Sequence record: SRR22947727_4385
Strand: one strand, 5' to 3'
DNA: 53,713 nucleotides
Each line of letters opens with the position of its first letter. Position 1 is the stretch's first letter. The notes below the pieces were generated by a model. The model had not been told where the DNA came from and did no database searches. It was given only the letters and a program-made list of their open reading frames with translations. Position numbers and translations under genes: made by a program. Of the stretch, positions 20,635 to 31,840 are shown in pieces.

Positions 20635-22119
20635 CTATGCCAAATCATAGAGGTCTGAAAACTTTGCGTGGATATAACGCAGGAATGCCGCTTCGGATGG
20701 TGCCTTGCCGCAAGCGGCAGTCATCAATTCATGGGCCGGCAAAAGATTACCGTGGCGTTGCACATTCTGTTTCAACCATGCACAGGCAGGCCCTAAATTA
20801 CCCGAAGCTAGATCTGTATCTAAATCTGGAAGCGCCGATTGCAGGCTTTCAAACAGGCAACCCGCATAGACATTGCCCAAAGAATAAGTTGGGAAATAGC
20901 CGAATAACCCAATTGACCAATGCACATCCTGCAGTATCCCATGCGACGGGCGATCAACCGCATATCCGAAATCTGACAAAAACCGATCATTCCAAGCCGC
21001 TTCAAGGTCCGACACCGCAAGCTCTCCAGACATCAAATCACGCTCAAGATCAAACCGCATCATCACGTGCAAATTATATTGCAATTCATCAGCTTCGGTT
21101 CGGATATAACCACGGCTGACGCGATTCACCGATTGGTAAAACTGCCGCTCAGAGCCAACGCCAAAAAAGCCAAATACGTCGCGCATCCGGCCATAAAGAA
21201 AGCTGGTGAACGCTTCAGAGCGGCCCAATTGATTCTCGAAAATGCGGCTTTGACTTTCATGAACCCCCATTGAGCAGCCATGCCCAATCGGCGTAAAGGC
21301 ATAAGATTGATCTATATTCTGCTCATAATTGCCATGACCCACCTCATGAATGGTCGAATAAAAACACCCTAACGGATCACTGGGATCGGTGCGTGTGGTA
21401 ATCCGTACATCCGCGCCAGTTCCGGAACAAAAGGGATGCACCGCCCTATCGATCCGCCCAGAGGCCATGTTATAGCCAAAGCATTCTGCCAACTCTTGGC
21501 TCATTTTCAACTGTAGCTGCGGATCAAATTGCCCCTCTAATTCAGGCGCAGGCGGGCGCTCAAGCACCGCGGAGCGCAGCGCGACCAATGGGCTGCGCAA
21601 GGCATCAAACATTTTTGAAATTTCAACCGTGCTGCCATCGGGTTCATAATCCTTAAGCAAGGCATCATATGAGCTGAGCCCTGTGCCATCGGCCAAGGCG
21701 GCGGCCTCTTGCTGGCGCAGGGCAACCACCTCGGCCAATATCGGTGTAAAATCTGCAACCGCCTCATCCGCGCGTGCTTGGGCCCATATATGTTGCGATT
21801 TTGACGTTAATCCGGCCAAAGCCACCGAAATCTCTTCGGGCACTTTGCAATTGCGTTGATAGGATTGCTCAATCAACTGCACGTGCCGCTGTTCTGCAGC
21901 GGCCAGTTGTGTTTGGCGCGCCGCGGCCAGCAACTCCCCCAATTCGGTGCTGCTGCGCCGGGCATGCAAAGTTTTTTCAAGCGCGGCCGATTCCTGTGAG
22001 CGGTCTGAAATGGCGCCTGACGGCATCATCGTTTCCTGATCCCAGTCAAGGCGGGCCGCGATTTTTGACAATGCCTCTGTTTGATGCTGATACTCCATCA
22101 AAATCTGATAGGCGCTCAT
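20635..22119 (-). CDS. Carboxypeptidase, M32 (Taq) family
   Basis: HPF, DVRITTR, HEVGH zinc motif, HESQSR, IRTEADE, GILQDVHW, GYFPTYSLG. Confidence 0.96.
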   Translation of the reverse strand: MSAYQILMEYQHQTEALSKIAARLDWDQETMMPSGAISDRSQESAALEKTLHARRSSTELGELLAAARQTQLAAAEQRHVQLIEQSYQRNCKVPEEISVALAGLTSKSQHIWAQARADEAVADFTPILAEVVALRQQEAAALADGTGLSSYDALLKDYEPDGSTVEISKMFDALRSPLVALRSAVLERPPAPELEGQFDPQLQLKMSQELAECFGYNMASGRIDRAVHPFCSGTGADVRITTRTDPSDPLGCFYSTIHEVGHGNYEQNIDQSYAFTPIGHGCSMGVHESQSRIFENQLGRSEAFTSFLYGRMRDVFGFFGVGSERQFYQSVNRVSRGYIRTEADELQYNLHVMMRFDLERDLMSGELAVSDLEAAWNDRFLSDFGYAVDRPSHGILQDVHWSIGLFGYFPTYSLGNVYAGCLFESLQSALPDLDTDLASGNLGPACAWLKQNVQRHGNLLPAHELMTAACGKAPSEAAFLRYIHAKFSDLYDLA

Positions 22120-22122
22120 GAT

Positions 22123-23271
22123 CTAGGCTCCCTTTATGAATTGCTCGGGTGGGAATCCGGCCAAGAAACGCGCCCGAATAACCAAGACCCACAGCGCAAT
22201 GCCCCCCAATTGGTGCAGGATCGCTAAGGACCAAGGCGCCGAATGCATCACGGTGACAACGCCAAACACCATCTGCAGCACGAGCATGCCCATCACCCAA
22301 GCAAAGCCAGAGCGCACCAGGCTATTTCCTGATTTGCGCGACCGCCTCCAAACCACCACGCCAAAGACAAAGAGCAGATAACCCGACATCCGGTGAATAA
22401 ATTGCACCAAACCATCATCTTCGAAGAAATTACGCCACCAAGGCGTTAGGCTGAATGGATCGGGGGGAAAAAAACCGCCCGCCATTAAAGGCCAGTCGAT
22501 ATAATTGCGCCCCGCATCAATTCCCGCCACCAGCGCTCCGATAAAAATTTGCAAAAAGGTAAAATGCATCAATCCGGTGCTCATGGAAAACAGACGCTGT
22601 TCGCGCCTGCGGCGCTGTTGCAAAAGCGCTCTTTCTGAAAGGCCGAGCGAGAGCGCAAACCAAGCGATGAACCCCAAAATAACAAAGGCCAACCCCAGAT
22701 GCGTTGCCAAGCGATAGCTGGCCACGTCCAAACGCTCGCCAGTTAGGCCGCTGGCCACCATCCACCACCCAATCGCGCCTTGCATGCCACCCAAAACACC
22801 CAGCAACAATAAACGGCCAGTCCACCCAGCGGGGATTTTACGGGCGGCGAAAAACACTGCAAATCCAACGGCCCAAACCAATCCAATCACGCGGCCCAGT
22901 TGCCGATGCCCCCATTCCCACCAGTAAATAAATTGAAATTCCGCCAGGCTCATGCCTTTGTTTTGAAGTTCATATTCGGGGATGGCTTTGTATTTCTCGA
23001 ACTCGCTCTGCCATGCCTCGGCAGATAAGGGGGGCAACGCCCCGGAAACGGGTTTCCATTCGGTGATGCTTAAACCGCTATCGGTCAGGCGTGTCAGTCC
23101 CCCAACCAGAATCATCGTCACCACCAAAGCAAATAAAAGATACAACCAGATCCGGATCCAAAACCGGGCCCCGGCGCCGCGACCCTGATCAATCATACCC
23201 TGAACCGGTGCCCCGTCAGTTGCTGCGCTCTGCGATCCAACCTCTTCAAATATCGATCTTTTATCATTCAT
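22123..23271 (-). CDS. ctaA: Heme A synthase (COX15/CtaA)
   Basis: GGLTRLTDSGLSITEW, WWEWGHRQLGR, GWWMVASGL, YRLATHL, QFIHR, LHQ. Confidence 0.96.
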   Translation of the reverse strand: MNDKRSIFEEVGSQSAATDGAPVQGMIDQGRGAGARFWIRIWLYLLFALVVTMILVGGLTRLTDSGLSITEWKPVSGALPPLSAEAWQSEFEKYKAIPEYELQNKGMSLAEFQFIYWWEWGHRQLGRVIGLVWAVGFAVFFAARKIPAGWTGRLLLLGVLGGMQGAIGWWMVASGLTGERLDVASYRLATHLGLAFVILGFIAWFALSLGLSERALLQQRRRREQRLFSMSTGLMHFTFLQIFIGALVAGIDAGRNYIDWPLMAGGFFPPDPFSLTPWWRNFFEDDGLVQFIHRMSGYLLFVFGVVVWRRSRKSGNSLVRSGFAWVMGMLVLQMVFGVVTVMHSAPWSLAILHQLGGIALWVLVIRARFLAGFPPEQFIKGA

Positions 23272-23333
23272 CTGCGTAAAAAAACCCTTATCACTACATG
23301 CTAAAAGTTAGCCTAAGACGGCGGCTGTTCAAG

Positions 23334-24080
23334 TCAGTCTTGGCCTTTGTTACCCGGCACCAATTGCCGCAGCACCCCATGCAACATTTGCACATCCGCG
23401 CGGGTCAGTGAAAAGCGAGACCACATATTGCGCAAATTCACCTTCATGCCGGGCGCCTTGGCCTCGGGAAAGAAAAACCCAGCATCCTCAAGCCGTTCTT
23501 CATAATGTTGGGCCAGCTTTTCAACCTCAATCGCCTCTGCCCATTGGGTTTTTGCCAGTTCCATGCGCGCCAGCTCAACCTGCCCCTGCGCGCGGCGCCA
23601 CTCATAGGCCATCAGCAGCACGCATTGCGCCAAATTCAGTGATGGAAAATCAGGGTTAACCGGCACCGATATCAACGCATTTGCCCCCGCGATATCTTCA
23701 TTTTCCAACCCCGCGCGCTCTGGACCAAATAACACGGCTACTTTTTGCCCCTGAGCGATTTTTTCTGCAGCTTGGCGCATCGCCTCTTCCGGCGCTAAAA
23801 TAGGCTTGGTTAAGCCGCGGCCGCGCGCTGTTGTGGCGAAGACAAAACTGGTATCGCCCACCGCTTGGGAAACTCCATCAAAATGCTGCGCCGTATCCAG
23901 CAACCGGCCCGCGCCACTGGCCATCGCCACCGCGCGCGTGCTGGGCCAACCATCGCGCGGCGCAACCACGCGCATTTGCTCCAAACCAAAATTCCACATC
24001 GCGCGGGCGGATGCGCCGATATTTTCGCCCATTTGCGGGCGGACCAAAACAAAATAGGGTTGACGCTGTGACTCAGGCAC
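23334..24080 (-). CDS. trmJ: SPOUT RNA methyltransferase, TrmJ/LasT family
   Basis: PQMGENIGASARAMWNFG, ATTAR, FGPERAGL, SLNLAQ. Confidence 0.88.
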   Translation of the reverse strand: MPESQRQPYFVLVRPQMGENIGASARAMWNFGLEQMRVVAPRDGWPSTRAVAMASGAGRLLDTAQHFDGVSQAVGDTSFVFATTARGRGLTKPILAPEEAMRQAAEKIAQGQKVAVLFGPERAGLENEDIAGANALISVPVNPDFPSLNLAQCVLLMAYEWRRAQGQVELARMELAKTQWAEAIEVEKLAQHYEERLEDAGFFFPEAKAPGMKVNLRNMWSRFSLTRADVQMLHGVLRQLVPGNKGQD

Positions 24081-24214
24081 GGCTTAAGCCTCCTTAAATA
24101 ATGGCCTTGCTCTACGCCAGAAAGAACGGGGTTTAAAGCCCCCTAGCAAAGATCAGCCATAGTCAACGCAGGCAAATCGCGTTAGCCTGACGAAAAACAC
24201 TTGGAGCCCAAAAC

Positions 24215-24844
24215 ATGGCCGAAATCGAGCAGCCCCAGACCTACCTGATTAGCCCGCCCGAATTTGAACTGAGCAGCTATGCAGATTTACTATCACGAAT
24301 GCTGGATCTGCATGAGATCGCTTGCGTGCGCTTGGCAATGAGCACGCGAGATGAAGGCATGATTGGCAAGGCTGCCGATACGTTGCGCGAGATTTGTCAC
24401 AGCCGCGATGTGCCGTTGCTGCTGCAAAGCCATTTTTTTCTGGTTGAACGTTTCGGCCTTGATGGTGTGCATCTAACCGATGGCGCCCGCTCAATACGCT
24501 CGGCGCGCACCGAGCTGGGCAAAGACGCAATCGTTGGCGCCTTTTGCGGTATCTCGCGGCATGAAGGGTTGAATGCAGGCGAGGCCGGCGCAGATTACGT
24601 CTGTTTCGGCCCGTTAAACGAAAATGACCTGAACGCAGGAGATATCGCCGATCCAGAGCTCTTCGCGTGGTGGAGCGAAATGGTTGAAGTACCGATAGTG
24701 GCAGAAGGCGGGCTGGACACCACGAAAATTCTTCAACTCAAATCCTGCGCTGATTTCGTTGCCTATGCCGAAGAAATTTGGCAGCAGGAGGATCCAATTG
24801 CGGCCTTAGGAGCGCTTATTCACGCGCAGCACGCGCAAGGCTGA
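24215..24844 (+). CDS. Thiamine phosphate synthase (ThiE/TenI) family protein
   Basis: DGVHL, AGEAGADYVCFGP, PIVAEGG TIM-barrel motifs; the ThiE ND motif appears absent. Confidence 0.8.
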   Translation: MAEIEQPQTYLISPPEFELSSYADLLSRMLDLHEIACVRLAMSTRDEGMIGKAADTLREICHSRDVPLLLQSHFFLVERFGLDGVHLTDGARSIRSARTELGKDAIVGAFCGISRHEGLNAGEAGADYVCFGPLNENDLNAGDIADPELFAWWSEMVEVPIVAEGGLDTTKILQLKSCADFVAYAEEIWQQEDPIAALGALIHAQHAQG

Positions 24845-25667
24845 GCGCGCGCTCCTGCGTATTGCGGATATCCGCCTCTAATGTGCCAGCCAAATCTTTG
24901 CGAGATGAAAAATCCGCGACGCGGCGCGGCGCATTGAAACACAGCTCAACGCGCCCATGCCGCCAAACGCTCAGCGTTTTGATGAAATGAGTGGCAAATT
25001 CCATATCACCCCACCAGCCATAAAACGCCGCTGGGCGCTGTGATGGCGCAAAGAAAGTCACGCTCACGGGTTGAATCCATAGATCTGTGCAGGTGTCATC
25101 AGACGCAAAAAAAGCCTCAAACAAGCTTGACTTAAAAGGTAAAACGCGCAGCCCATCCGTTGAGGTTCCTTCGGGAAAGAACAGTAAACGATGGCCATTT
25201 CGCAATCTGGCGCGAAACATTTCTGTTTGTTGCGCAGCATCCTGCCGGCTGCGGCGAATAAAAACGGTGCCGGTGGCCCGCGCCAACCAACCAATTAAAG
25301 GCCAGGCCGAGACTTCTGCTTTAGAGACAAAATAAACCCGCGCGCAGCTGTTCAATACGAAGATATCCAGCCATGAACTGTGATTGGCAACAAAAGCGCC
25401 CGGGCTGCGCATTGGCGTGCCTGTTACGCGGCAAGGCAAACCAATAATACGCAGCGCAAACCGGCAAACAGCCACCGTAATATATGGTGTTACAGGGCGG
25501 TTTTGACCAAAAATCGGGCGTTCCAGACCTCGGAGCAGCACGCTCAGCAGCAGCCCGCTTAAAACGATCGGCGCCAAGCCAAGAAGCCGCACACCAACAA
25601 GGCACCAACCGGCAAAAGAAACACCCGTTAGTGCCTCAGAATCTTCTGATCCATACCAAGTGTTCAT
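24816..25667 (-). CDS. olsA: Lyso-ornithine lipid O-acyltransferase (PlsC family)
   Basis: NHSSWLD, FVSKAEV..WP, FPEGTS; overlaps and follows olsB. Confidence 0.88.
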   Translation of the reverse strand: MNTWYGSEDSEALTGVSFAGWCLVGVRLLGLAPIVLSGLLLSVLLRGLERPIFGQNRPVTPYITVAVCRFALRIIGLPCRVTGTPMRSPGAFVANHSSWLDIFVLNSCARVYFVSKAEVSAWPLIGWLARATGTVFIRRSRQDAAQQTEMFRARLRNGHRLLFFPEGTSTDGLRVLPFKSSLFEAFFASDDTCTDLWIQPVSVTFFAPSQRPAAFYGWWGDMEFATHFIKTLSVWRHGRVELCFNAPRRVADFSSRKDLAGTLEADIRNTQERALSLARAARE

Positions 25668-26449
25668 GACTTTAAAAGATCACCCGAATAAAGCATTTTC
25701 TGCCGTGTACTGATACTGTCTCGATCAAGAATAAGGCAAACATCAACGGTCTTAAACGCGAAATCGACAAAAGCCCCCTCACCGATATACCCGCCCAACC
25801 GAAGATAGGCTTTGATCAGCGCCGGCATGGCCAACATGGCCGCGCGCCGGTCAATCCTTGCGGGTGCGATCAGATCCATCGCCTGAAACGCGCCTGGCCT
25901 TGCGGCGACCCGCAGCGCTTCGGGGGCCAAGTGGCGCGCGTGAAGCCAACTTAGTGGTTCCGCCAATTTCTGCAGATCAGTACCATGAAAACTGGCCACC
26001 CCGAACAAAACTTCGACCTTGTGCTCTGCCACATAGCGCTGCAAGGCCTGCCATAAATGATACATTGCGAGGCCACCGCGATACGCCGGATGTACGCAAG
26101 AGCGTCCAAGTTCAAGCAGGTTACGCCCAGTGGCGTATAATCTTTGTAGGTCATATTCATCTTCTGAATAGAATTGTCCGATCCGCGCCGCTTGTTCCGA
26201 ACGCAAAAGCCTATAGACCCCTATAATCCCATCAAAAGGGCAGTTTTTTCGAGCCTTATCCTTCAAGATAAGGTGATCGCAGAAGGGATCAAACCGGTCC
26301 ATTTCCAGCTCGTTTTGATGATCTATCTCGGCTCCAGAAGCGCCCAGCTCTTTCACAAATACAGCGTAGCGCAACCGTTGCGCCGCGCGCAAATCAGGCC
26401 TGGTTTCAGCCAATTCTACGACCAAATCAGTGTCACTCTGTAGCATCAT
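25664..26449 (-). CDS. olsB: Ornithine N-acyltransferase (GNAT, ornithine lipid synthesis)
   Basis: AQRLRYAVF..E, D.FD..CDHL, FYSEDEYD, ELGRSCV..YR, PALIKAYLRLG. Confidence 0.92.
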   Translation of the reverse strand: MMLQSDTDLVVELAETRPDLRAAQRLRYAVFVKELGASGAEIDHQNELEMDRFDPFCDHLILKDKARKNCPFDGIIGVYRLLRSEQAARIGQFYSEDEYDLQRLYATGRNLLELGRSCVHPAYRGGLAMYHLWQALQRYVAEHKVEVLFGVASFHGTDLQKLAEPLSWLHARHLAPEALRVAARPGAFQAMDLIAPARIDRRAAMLAMPALIKAYLRLGGYIGEGAFVDFAFKTVDVCLILDRDSISTRQKMLYSGDLLKS

Positions 26450-26471
26450 CTAGTCGTATCTTTCGCTTATT

Positions 26472-26500
26472 ATGCAAGTTTTGATACAATTTCGTTTCAA
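26472..26500 (-). promoter_or_regulatory. Possible Pho box upstream of olsBA
   Basis: Three heptamers at an 11-bp period on the minus strand: TTGAAAC-gaaa-TTGTATC-aaaa-CTTGCAT. Confidence 0.35.
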
Positions 26501-26561
26501 TTTGACCGGAATCCGGCCCTTATTGATTACAACTATAGGTTTAATGCAGCTCTGATAATCG

Positions 26562-26750
26562 CTATTCTTGATCATAGACCTGCACAAGCGCAATTTTGGA
26601 TCCATCAATGACCAACTTACCCATTTCAGAAAAATTCACGGTAATGCGACCGTTAATACGAGACTGTACTTGCCCAATACCCCAATCTGGCTGGCTGGGA
26701 TGGCGTACCAGCATGCCGGGCTCTAAGAAAAGATTTAAATCCTCCACCAC
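26562..26750 (-). CDS. DUF3553 family small protein
   Basis: LEPGMLVRHP.QPDWG.GQVQS.I...ITVNF...GK.VID; divergent from chpT. Confidence 0.85.
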   Translation of the reverse strand: MVEDLNLFLEPGMLVRHPSQPDWGIGQVQSRINGRITVNFSEMGKLVIDGSKIALVQVYDQE

Positions 26751-26777
26751 ACCACTCCTGACGCTGAGGCATTACCA

Positions 26778-27386
26778 ATGATACAATCGGCATCTCATCT
26801 TGCAAGCTTGATTGGCTCGCGCATATGCCATGACCTGATAAGCCCAATTGGCGCAATACACAACGGGTTAGAGCTGATATCGCTGTCCGGTGCGGTGCAA
26901 CATTAAGCCGAGATATCTTTAATCACCCAAAGCTGCCAAAATGCGGCCAGCCGTATAAAGTTTTTTCGCGTTGCCTTTGGCGTAAGCGGCAGTGACCGCC
27001 AGCTTTCAACCGATACTCTACTGGACATCTTAATGCCGCTGATCAACGGGCCCCGACAAAATTTACACTGGAAAATCCATCGAAGCCTCACCCGCCGCGA
27101 AGCACAAGCGCTTTTTCTGGCGATTTTATGCATCGAAACGGCCTTGCCGCTTGGCGGCGAAATATCGGTGACCGAGCGCGGCCCGCGGTTAAGCGTTGAG
27201 GGTCATTCAACCAAGATCATTGTAGATGCGGCTATTTGGGACCCTTTGACAAACATGTGCCCCAAACACGCCTCGCTTCCAGAGCATGTGCAATTTCTGT
27301 TTTTGCCCAGCATCGTTCATGAAATCGGCCGCGAATTGAACGTCTGCGTACAGCCAAGCCTGATCACGATCAATCTTAGCGCCTGA
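26778..27386 (+). pseudogene. chpT: Histidine phosphotransferase ChpT interrupted by an in-frame stop (TAA 26904-26906)
   Basis: ATG 26778 reads MIQSASHLASLIGSRICHDLISPIGAIHNGLELISLSGAVQH* then continues in frame AEISLITQSCQNAASRIKFFRVAFG.. into ORF 27033-27386 (ETALPLGG, P.HVQF). SRICHDLISP is the ChpT phospho-His motif. Confidence 0.85.
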
Positions 27387-28632
27387 CAGCGCCATCCCCG
27401 CTCACCAAATATTTAAAGCTGGTCAATTGGGCCGCACCAACGGGGCCGCGAGCGTGCATTTTTCCCGTCGCGATGCCAATCTCTGCCCCCATGCCAAATT
27501 CCCCTCCATCAGCGAATTGCGTCGACGCGTTATGCATCAAAATCGCGCTATCAACCTGCGCAAAGAACCGCTGTTTCGCCGTGTTATCTTCGGTCATAAT
27601 ACAATCAGTATGGTCCGAGCCGAATTGGCGAATATGAGCAATAGCAGCTTCCATATCGACAACTGATTTGGCGGCAATTATGCTGGAAAGATATTCTTTT
27701 CCCCAATCCTCTGCGCTTGCGACTTGCGTTCCGGAAAACCCATCAACGCCGGCGCCAGCGCGCACCTCAACCCCTGCCTTAATGAGCGCTTGAACAACCT
27801 CAAACCCAATGGTGTCTACCACATCCTGATGGATCAACAGGCATTCCGCAGCCCCGCAAATGCCCGTGCGGCGGGTTTTCGAATTCAACACGACATCCAG
27901 CGTTTTGGCCAAATCAGCTGCCGCATCGATATAGATATGCACGATGCCTTCAAGATGGGCGAAAACCGGTACGCGGGCCTCGCGTTGCACCAAACCAACC
28001 AGGCCTTTGCCACCCCTTGGCACCACGACATCAATATAATCGGTCATGGTTAATAAAGCGGCCACCGCCGCACGATCGCGCGTGGGTACGGTTTGTATTG
28101 CCTCTTTAGGCAGCCCTGCCGCAACCAAGCCTTGAGCCAAACACGCATGGATCGCCGCCGTGCTGTGATGGCTTTCCGAGCCACCACGTAAAATCACCGC
28201 ATTGCCAGATTTCAAGCACAAAGCGCCCGCATCCGCCGTTACATTCGGGCGGCTTTCATAAATCACCCCGATCACGCCAAGCGGCGTTGCCACTTTTTGA
28301 ATGGACAAGCCGTTCGGACGCTCCCATTCTTCCAAGATGCGCCCAACAGGATCTTCTTGCTGCGCCACGTCCCGAAGCCCCTCGGCCATTGCCTCGATGC
28401 GCGCAGGATCCAACATCAAACGATCAAGCATCGCGTCAGACAGCCCCTTTTCACGACCAAAGACGATATCCAGTTTATTGGCTTCGATAATCTTTGATTG
28501 CGCCGCTATTACAGCATCCGCTGCCGCCATCAGGGCTGCGGTTTTTTGCGCGGCGGGCGCATAGGCCAAACTGGCCGCAGCCGTTTTCGCGCGCCGCCCC
28601 AGATCTTGCATCATTTGCTGAACTTCACTCAT
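27376..28632 (-). CDS. proA: Gamma-glutamyl phosphate reductase
   Basis: [55 protein letters not shown]. Confidence 0.97.
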   Translation of the reverse strand: MSEVQQMMQDLGRRAKTAAASLAYAPAAQKTAALMAAADAVIAAQSKIIEANKLDIVFGREKGLSDAMLDRLMLDPARIEAMAEGLRDVAQQEDPVGRILEEWERPNGLSIQKVATPLGVIGVIYESRPNVTADAGALCLKSGNAVILRGGSESHHSTAAIHACLAQGLVAAGLPKEAIQTVPTRDRAAVAALLTMTDYIDVVVPRGGKGLVGLVQREARVPVFAHLEGIVHIYIDAAADLAKTLDVVLNSKTRRTGICGAAECLLIHQDVVDTIGFEVVQALIKAGVEVRAGAGVDGFSGTQVASAEDWGKEYLSSIIAAKSVVDMEAAIAHIRQFGSDHTDCIMTEDNTAKQRFFAQVDSAILMHNASTQFADGGEFGMGAEIGIATGKMHARGPVGAAQLTSFKYLVSGDGAVRR

Positions 28633-28647
28633 CGCTTGGTCCTTCCC

Positions 28648-29754
28648 TTACACAGCCATATCGTTGCGATGCACCAGCGCGGCGCGGGCCGGATACCCTA
28701 AAACAGCTTCAATTTCAGAGGTTTTCAAACCGATCAAAGCCGCCGCCTCTGTCGAAGAATACGAGCTTATTCCAAGCGCCACCGCAGCGCCATTGGCCAG
28801 CGTAATGGCCACGCAATCGCCGCGCTCAAAACTCCCAGACACGCCAGAAACACCCGCTGGCAGTAAACTCTTTCCGCTTTTCAACGCCCTGTTTGCCCCC
28901 TCATCGATCACGATCTGCCCCAACGGTTTCATCGAAGCAATCCAGCGTTTGCGCGCCGATTGCGGATCCATTTGCGGTGCGAACCACGTGCCGGAATTGC
29001 CTGCATCAAAGCTGGTCAGCGGGTGATCCACAAAGCCTGCCGCAATGAGCATAGCGCAGCCTGAGCCTGTTGCGGTTTTGGCGGCCATCAGCTTGGTTTT
29101 CATGCCACCTTTGGACAGGCCAGAGGTGCCCTCGCCTGCCATCTCTTCAATTTGCGGCGTGATCTCTTTCACCATTTCAAAGCGCCTCGCCGATGGATCA
29201 CGCTGCGGGTTGGCCGAATAAAACCCATCCACATCGGATAACAAAACCAATTGATCCGCACCCACCGTAACCGCCACTTGCGCGGCCAGTCGATCATTAT
29301 CACCATAGCGAATTTCATCAGTTGCCACGGTATCGTTTTCATTCACGATGGGCACAACGCCTAAGCTGAGCAGAGTTTCCAACGTTGCGCGTGAGTTCAG
29401 ATAACGTCGCCGATCGGCGCTATCCTCTAAGGTCACCAAAATTTGGGCTGTGGTTATGCCATGCGGACCCAATGCCTCTTCATAAGCGCGGGCCAGTTGA
29501 ATTTGCCCCACAGCGGCGGCCGCCTGCGATTGTTCAAGCGCAACATCCCCCACCGACAACCCCAAGACTTTGCGCCCCAAGGCGATCGAGCCCGAGGACA
29601 CCAAAACCACATCACAGCCCCGGGCCTTGAAAGCAGCAACATCTGTTGCCAATGATTTGAGCCACGCGCTGCGCAAAGCGCCAGTGGTTGGATCCACCAG
29701 CAAAGCCGATCCAATTTTAACCACAATGCGTTTTGCAGCGCTTAGGGACGCCAT
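28648..29754 (-). CDS. proB: Glutamate 5-kinase
   Basis: [37 protein letters not shown]-terminal PUA domain. Confidence 0.97.
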   Translation of the reverse strand: MASLSAAKRIVVKIGSALLVDPTTGALRSAWLKSLATDVAAFKARGCDVVLVSSGSIALGRKVLGLSVGDVALEQSQAAAAVGQIQLARAYEEALGPHGITTAQILVTLEDSADRRRYLNSRATLETLLSLGVVPIVNENDTVATDEIRYGDNDRLAAQVAVTVGADQLVLLSDVDGFYSANPQRDPSARRFEMVKEITPQIEEMAGEGTSGLSKGGMKTKLMAAKTATGSGCAMLIAAGFVDHPLTSFDAGNSGTWFAPQMDPQSARKRWIASMKPLGQIVIDEGANRALKSGKSLLPAGVSGVSGSFERGDCVAITLANGAAVALGISSYSSTEAAALIGLKTSEIEAVLGYPARAALVHRNDMAV

Positions 29755-30779
29755 TCCAAATCTTCCTGTTCCACTCTTGTTTCTTGCTTGCGCCCTGCGT
29801 CAATTTCATGGCGCAAGACGCGCAACACCGCCTCAACCCCCTCACGGCTGACACCCGACATTAAAAAAACAGGCCCGCCAGCAATTGCTTCCAGCTCAGC
29901 TTTGAAAAACGCACGCTCTTCATCATCCAATGCGTCAACCTTATTCAGCACGGTCACTCTTGGCTTTTGCGCCAAAGCGCCGCCATATGCCTCAAGTTCA
30001 TCTATGATCGTCTTGTAATCATTTAGAAAATCACCCGAGGTTCCATCGATCAAATGCAAAAGAACCGCGCAGCGCTCCACATGCCCCAGAAACAAATCCC
30101 CCAAACCACGCCCCTCATGTGCGCCAGCAATCAGACCTGGAATATCAGCCACAACGAACTCGGTATTATCAATCCCAACAACCCCAAGGTTTGGATAAAG
30201 CGTGGTGAACGGATAATCTGCGATTTTGGGCCGCGCATTCGATGTGGCCGCCAAAAAGGTTGACTTGCCTGCATTGGGCAGGCCCAAAAGACCTGCATCC
30301 GCGATGAGCTTCAGCCGCAACCAGATTGTGCGCTCAATCCCCTCTTGACCGGGATTGGCGCGGCGCGGCGCTTGGTTGGTTGAGGATTTGAAATGCAGGT
30401 TTCCAAAACCGCCATTGCCGCCTTTTGCCAAAACAATCCGATCACCCACTTCGGTAAGATCAGCAATCACCGTTTCTTGATCTTCATCCAAAATTTCCGT
30501 GCCGGCAGGCACCCGCAGCAGGATATCATCGCCCGACGCCCCCGAGCGTTGTTGCCCCATGCCAGCGCCGCCATTATTGGCAAAGAAATGCTGCTGATAA
30601 CGAAAATCGATCAAGGTGTTCAGCCCGTCAACCGCCTCGGCAATCACGGATCCGCCTTTGCCACCATCACCGCCATCAGGCCCGCCATATTCGATGTATT
30701 TTTCCCGCCGGAAGCTTACGCAACCACCGCCACCCGAGCCAGAGCGGATATAGACTTTCGTCAGATCTAGAAATTTCAT
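29742..30779 (-). CDS. obgE: GTPase ObgE/CgtA
   Basis: [41 protein letters not shown]. Confidence 0.98.
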   Translation of the reverse strand: MKFLDLTKVYIRSGSGGGGCVSFRREKYIEYGGPDGGDGGKGGSVIAEAVDGLNTLIDFRYQQHFFANNGGAGMGQQRSGASGDDILLRVPAGTEILDEDQETVIADLTEVGDRIVLAKGGNGGFGNLHFKSSTNQAPRRANPGQEGIERTIWLRLKLIADAGLLGLPNAGKSTFLAATSNARPKIADYPFTTLYPNLGVVGIDNTEFVVADIPGLIAGAHEGRGLGDLFLGHVERCAVLLHLIDGTSGDFLNDYKTIIDELEAYGGALAQKPRVTVLNKVDALDDEERAFFKAELEAIAGGPVFLMSGVSREGVEAVLRVLRHEIDAGRKQETRVEQEDLEWRP

Positions 30780-30790
30780 GTGCTGGGTCC

Positions 30791-31840
30791 TTATGCGGGT
30801 CGCATAAGGCGATATCGGGTTATGGGCGCAGGCTCAAGCCTTGCCGCCGATTTTCCCATCTCGCTGGGATGTGACTGCACCGGTATTGGCATAAAACCCG
30901 CTTTTTGCAACACGCGCCCCGAGCCGGGATTATCCTTAAAATGATCTGCAGTGATGGCCTCAAGCGGATAGCGCCGGAATAAAAAGGCACAAAAGGCATT
31001 TACAGCCTCGCTCATAAGCCCCTGCCCCCATTGCTTTGGATGTATAGCATATACAAGATCTGCCGCAACCGGTGCGCTCAATGGGGCCGCGCGAAAGCCG
31101 ATCATCCCGATCACGTTCTGGGTTTTATCCGCAAGCGCAAACAGTCCATTCCACGCGCCTTTCCAGCGCGCCGCCTCAATAAACCGCCCCACGAAGCCGC
31201 GCGGCAAAGGATGTGGAACAATCGCGAGGTTCCGTGCAACTTGCTTTTGAGCAAGGCAGTCAAACAACGCATCTTGATGTACTTGGGCAAGCGGAAAGAT
31301 TTGCAACCGCTGCGTTTCGATGAAAACAGGGTTTAAAAAATGCCATTGATCAGGGGTCAGCGCCATCGGTTGCAACGGAACCGATTGGCGCAAGGCTTTT
31401 GAATAGCTTGCCACCGGCGGACCATTTGGCGCAAAGCCATTTTTTGCCAATACACGCATAGAACGCTGGTTTTGCAATCGCACGCTTGCCAAGAGCGGGC
31501 TGGCCTGCGGATCAGAAAAGTATTTTTTCAAAACCAAATCTGCCGCTTCAGAGATCAGGCCTTGGCCCCAAAAGGCCGGATCTAACCAAAATCCAAAATT
31601 TGGATACTCTTCAATCAGACCAATAAATTCTTCCTTCAGCGTGATCGCCCAAACCTGCCGATGTGGATTATCCTGCAGAAGATTGAAAAACCCTTTCGCA
31701 TCACTTGCGGTATAAGAAAACGGCAAAATCGGCACCCAATAAGAGATCGCCGGATCAGCAAGAATACGCACCATCTCGGCGCAATCCCTAAGCTCCAAAG
31801 ATCGTAAAACCAAACGGTTTCCGGTCAAACATAAACCCAA
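30791..31840 (-). CDS. Tandem RimJ/RimL-type GNAT N-acetyltransferase (two domains)
   Basis: Two copies of the (F/Q)WGQGL(I/M)SEA...N..S.RVL.K.GF motif; TTG start uncertain. Confidence 0.85.
   Translation of the reverse strand: MGLCLTGNRLVLRSLELRDCAEMVRILADPAISYWVPILPFSYTASDAKGFFNLLQDNPHRQVWAITLKEEFIGLIEEYPNFGFWLDPAFWGQGLISEAADLVLKKYFSDPQASPLLASVRLQNQRSMRVLAKNGFAPNGPPVASYSKALRQSVPLQPMALTPDQWHFLNPVFIETQRLQIFPLAQVHQDALFDCLAQKQVARNLAIVPHPLPRGFVGRFIEAARWKGAWNGLFALADKTQNVIGMIGFRAAPLSAPVAADLVYAIHPKQWGQGLMSEAVNAFCAFLFRRYPLEAITADHFKDNPGSGRVLQKAGFMPIPVQSHPSEMGKSAARLEPAPITRYRLMRPA

Noticed and set aside
20625-21119. Long antisense or overlapping ORFs (e.g. 20625-21119, 15624-16229, 40258-40866, 32979-33440)
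   Set aside because: Shadow frames of well-supported genes with no motifs of their own.
27033-27386. Independent 117-aa gene
   Set aside because: It is the in-frame C-terminal part of the interrupted chpT.
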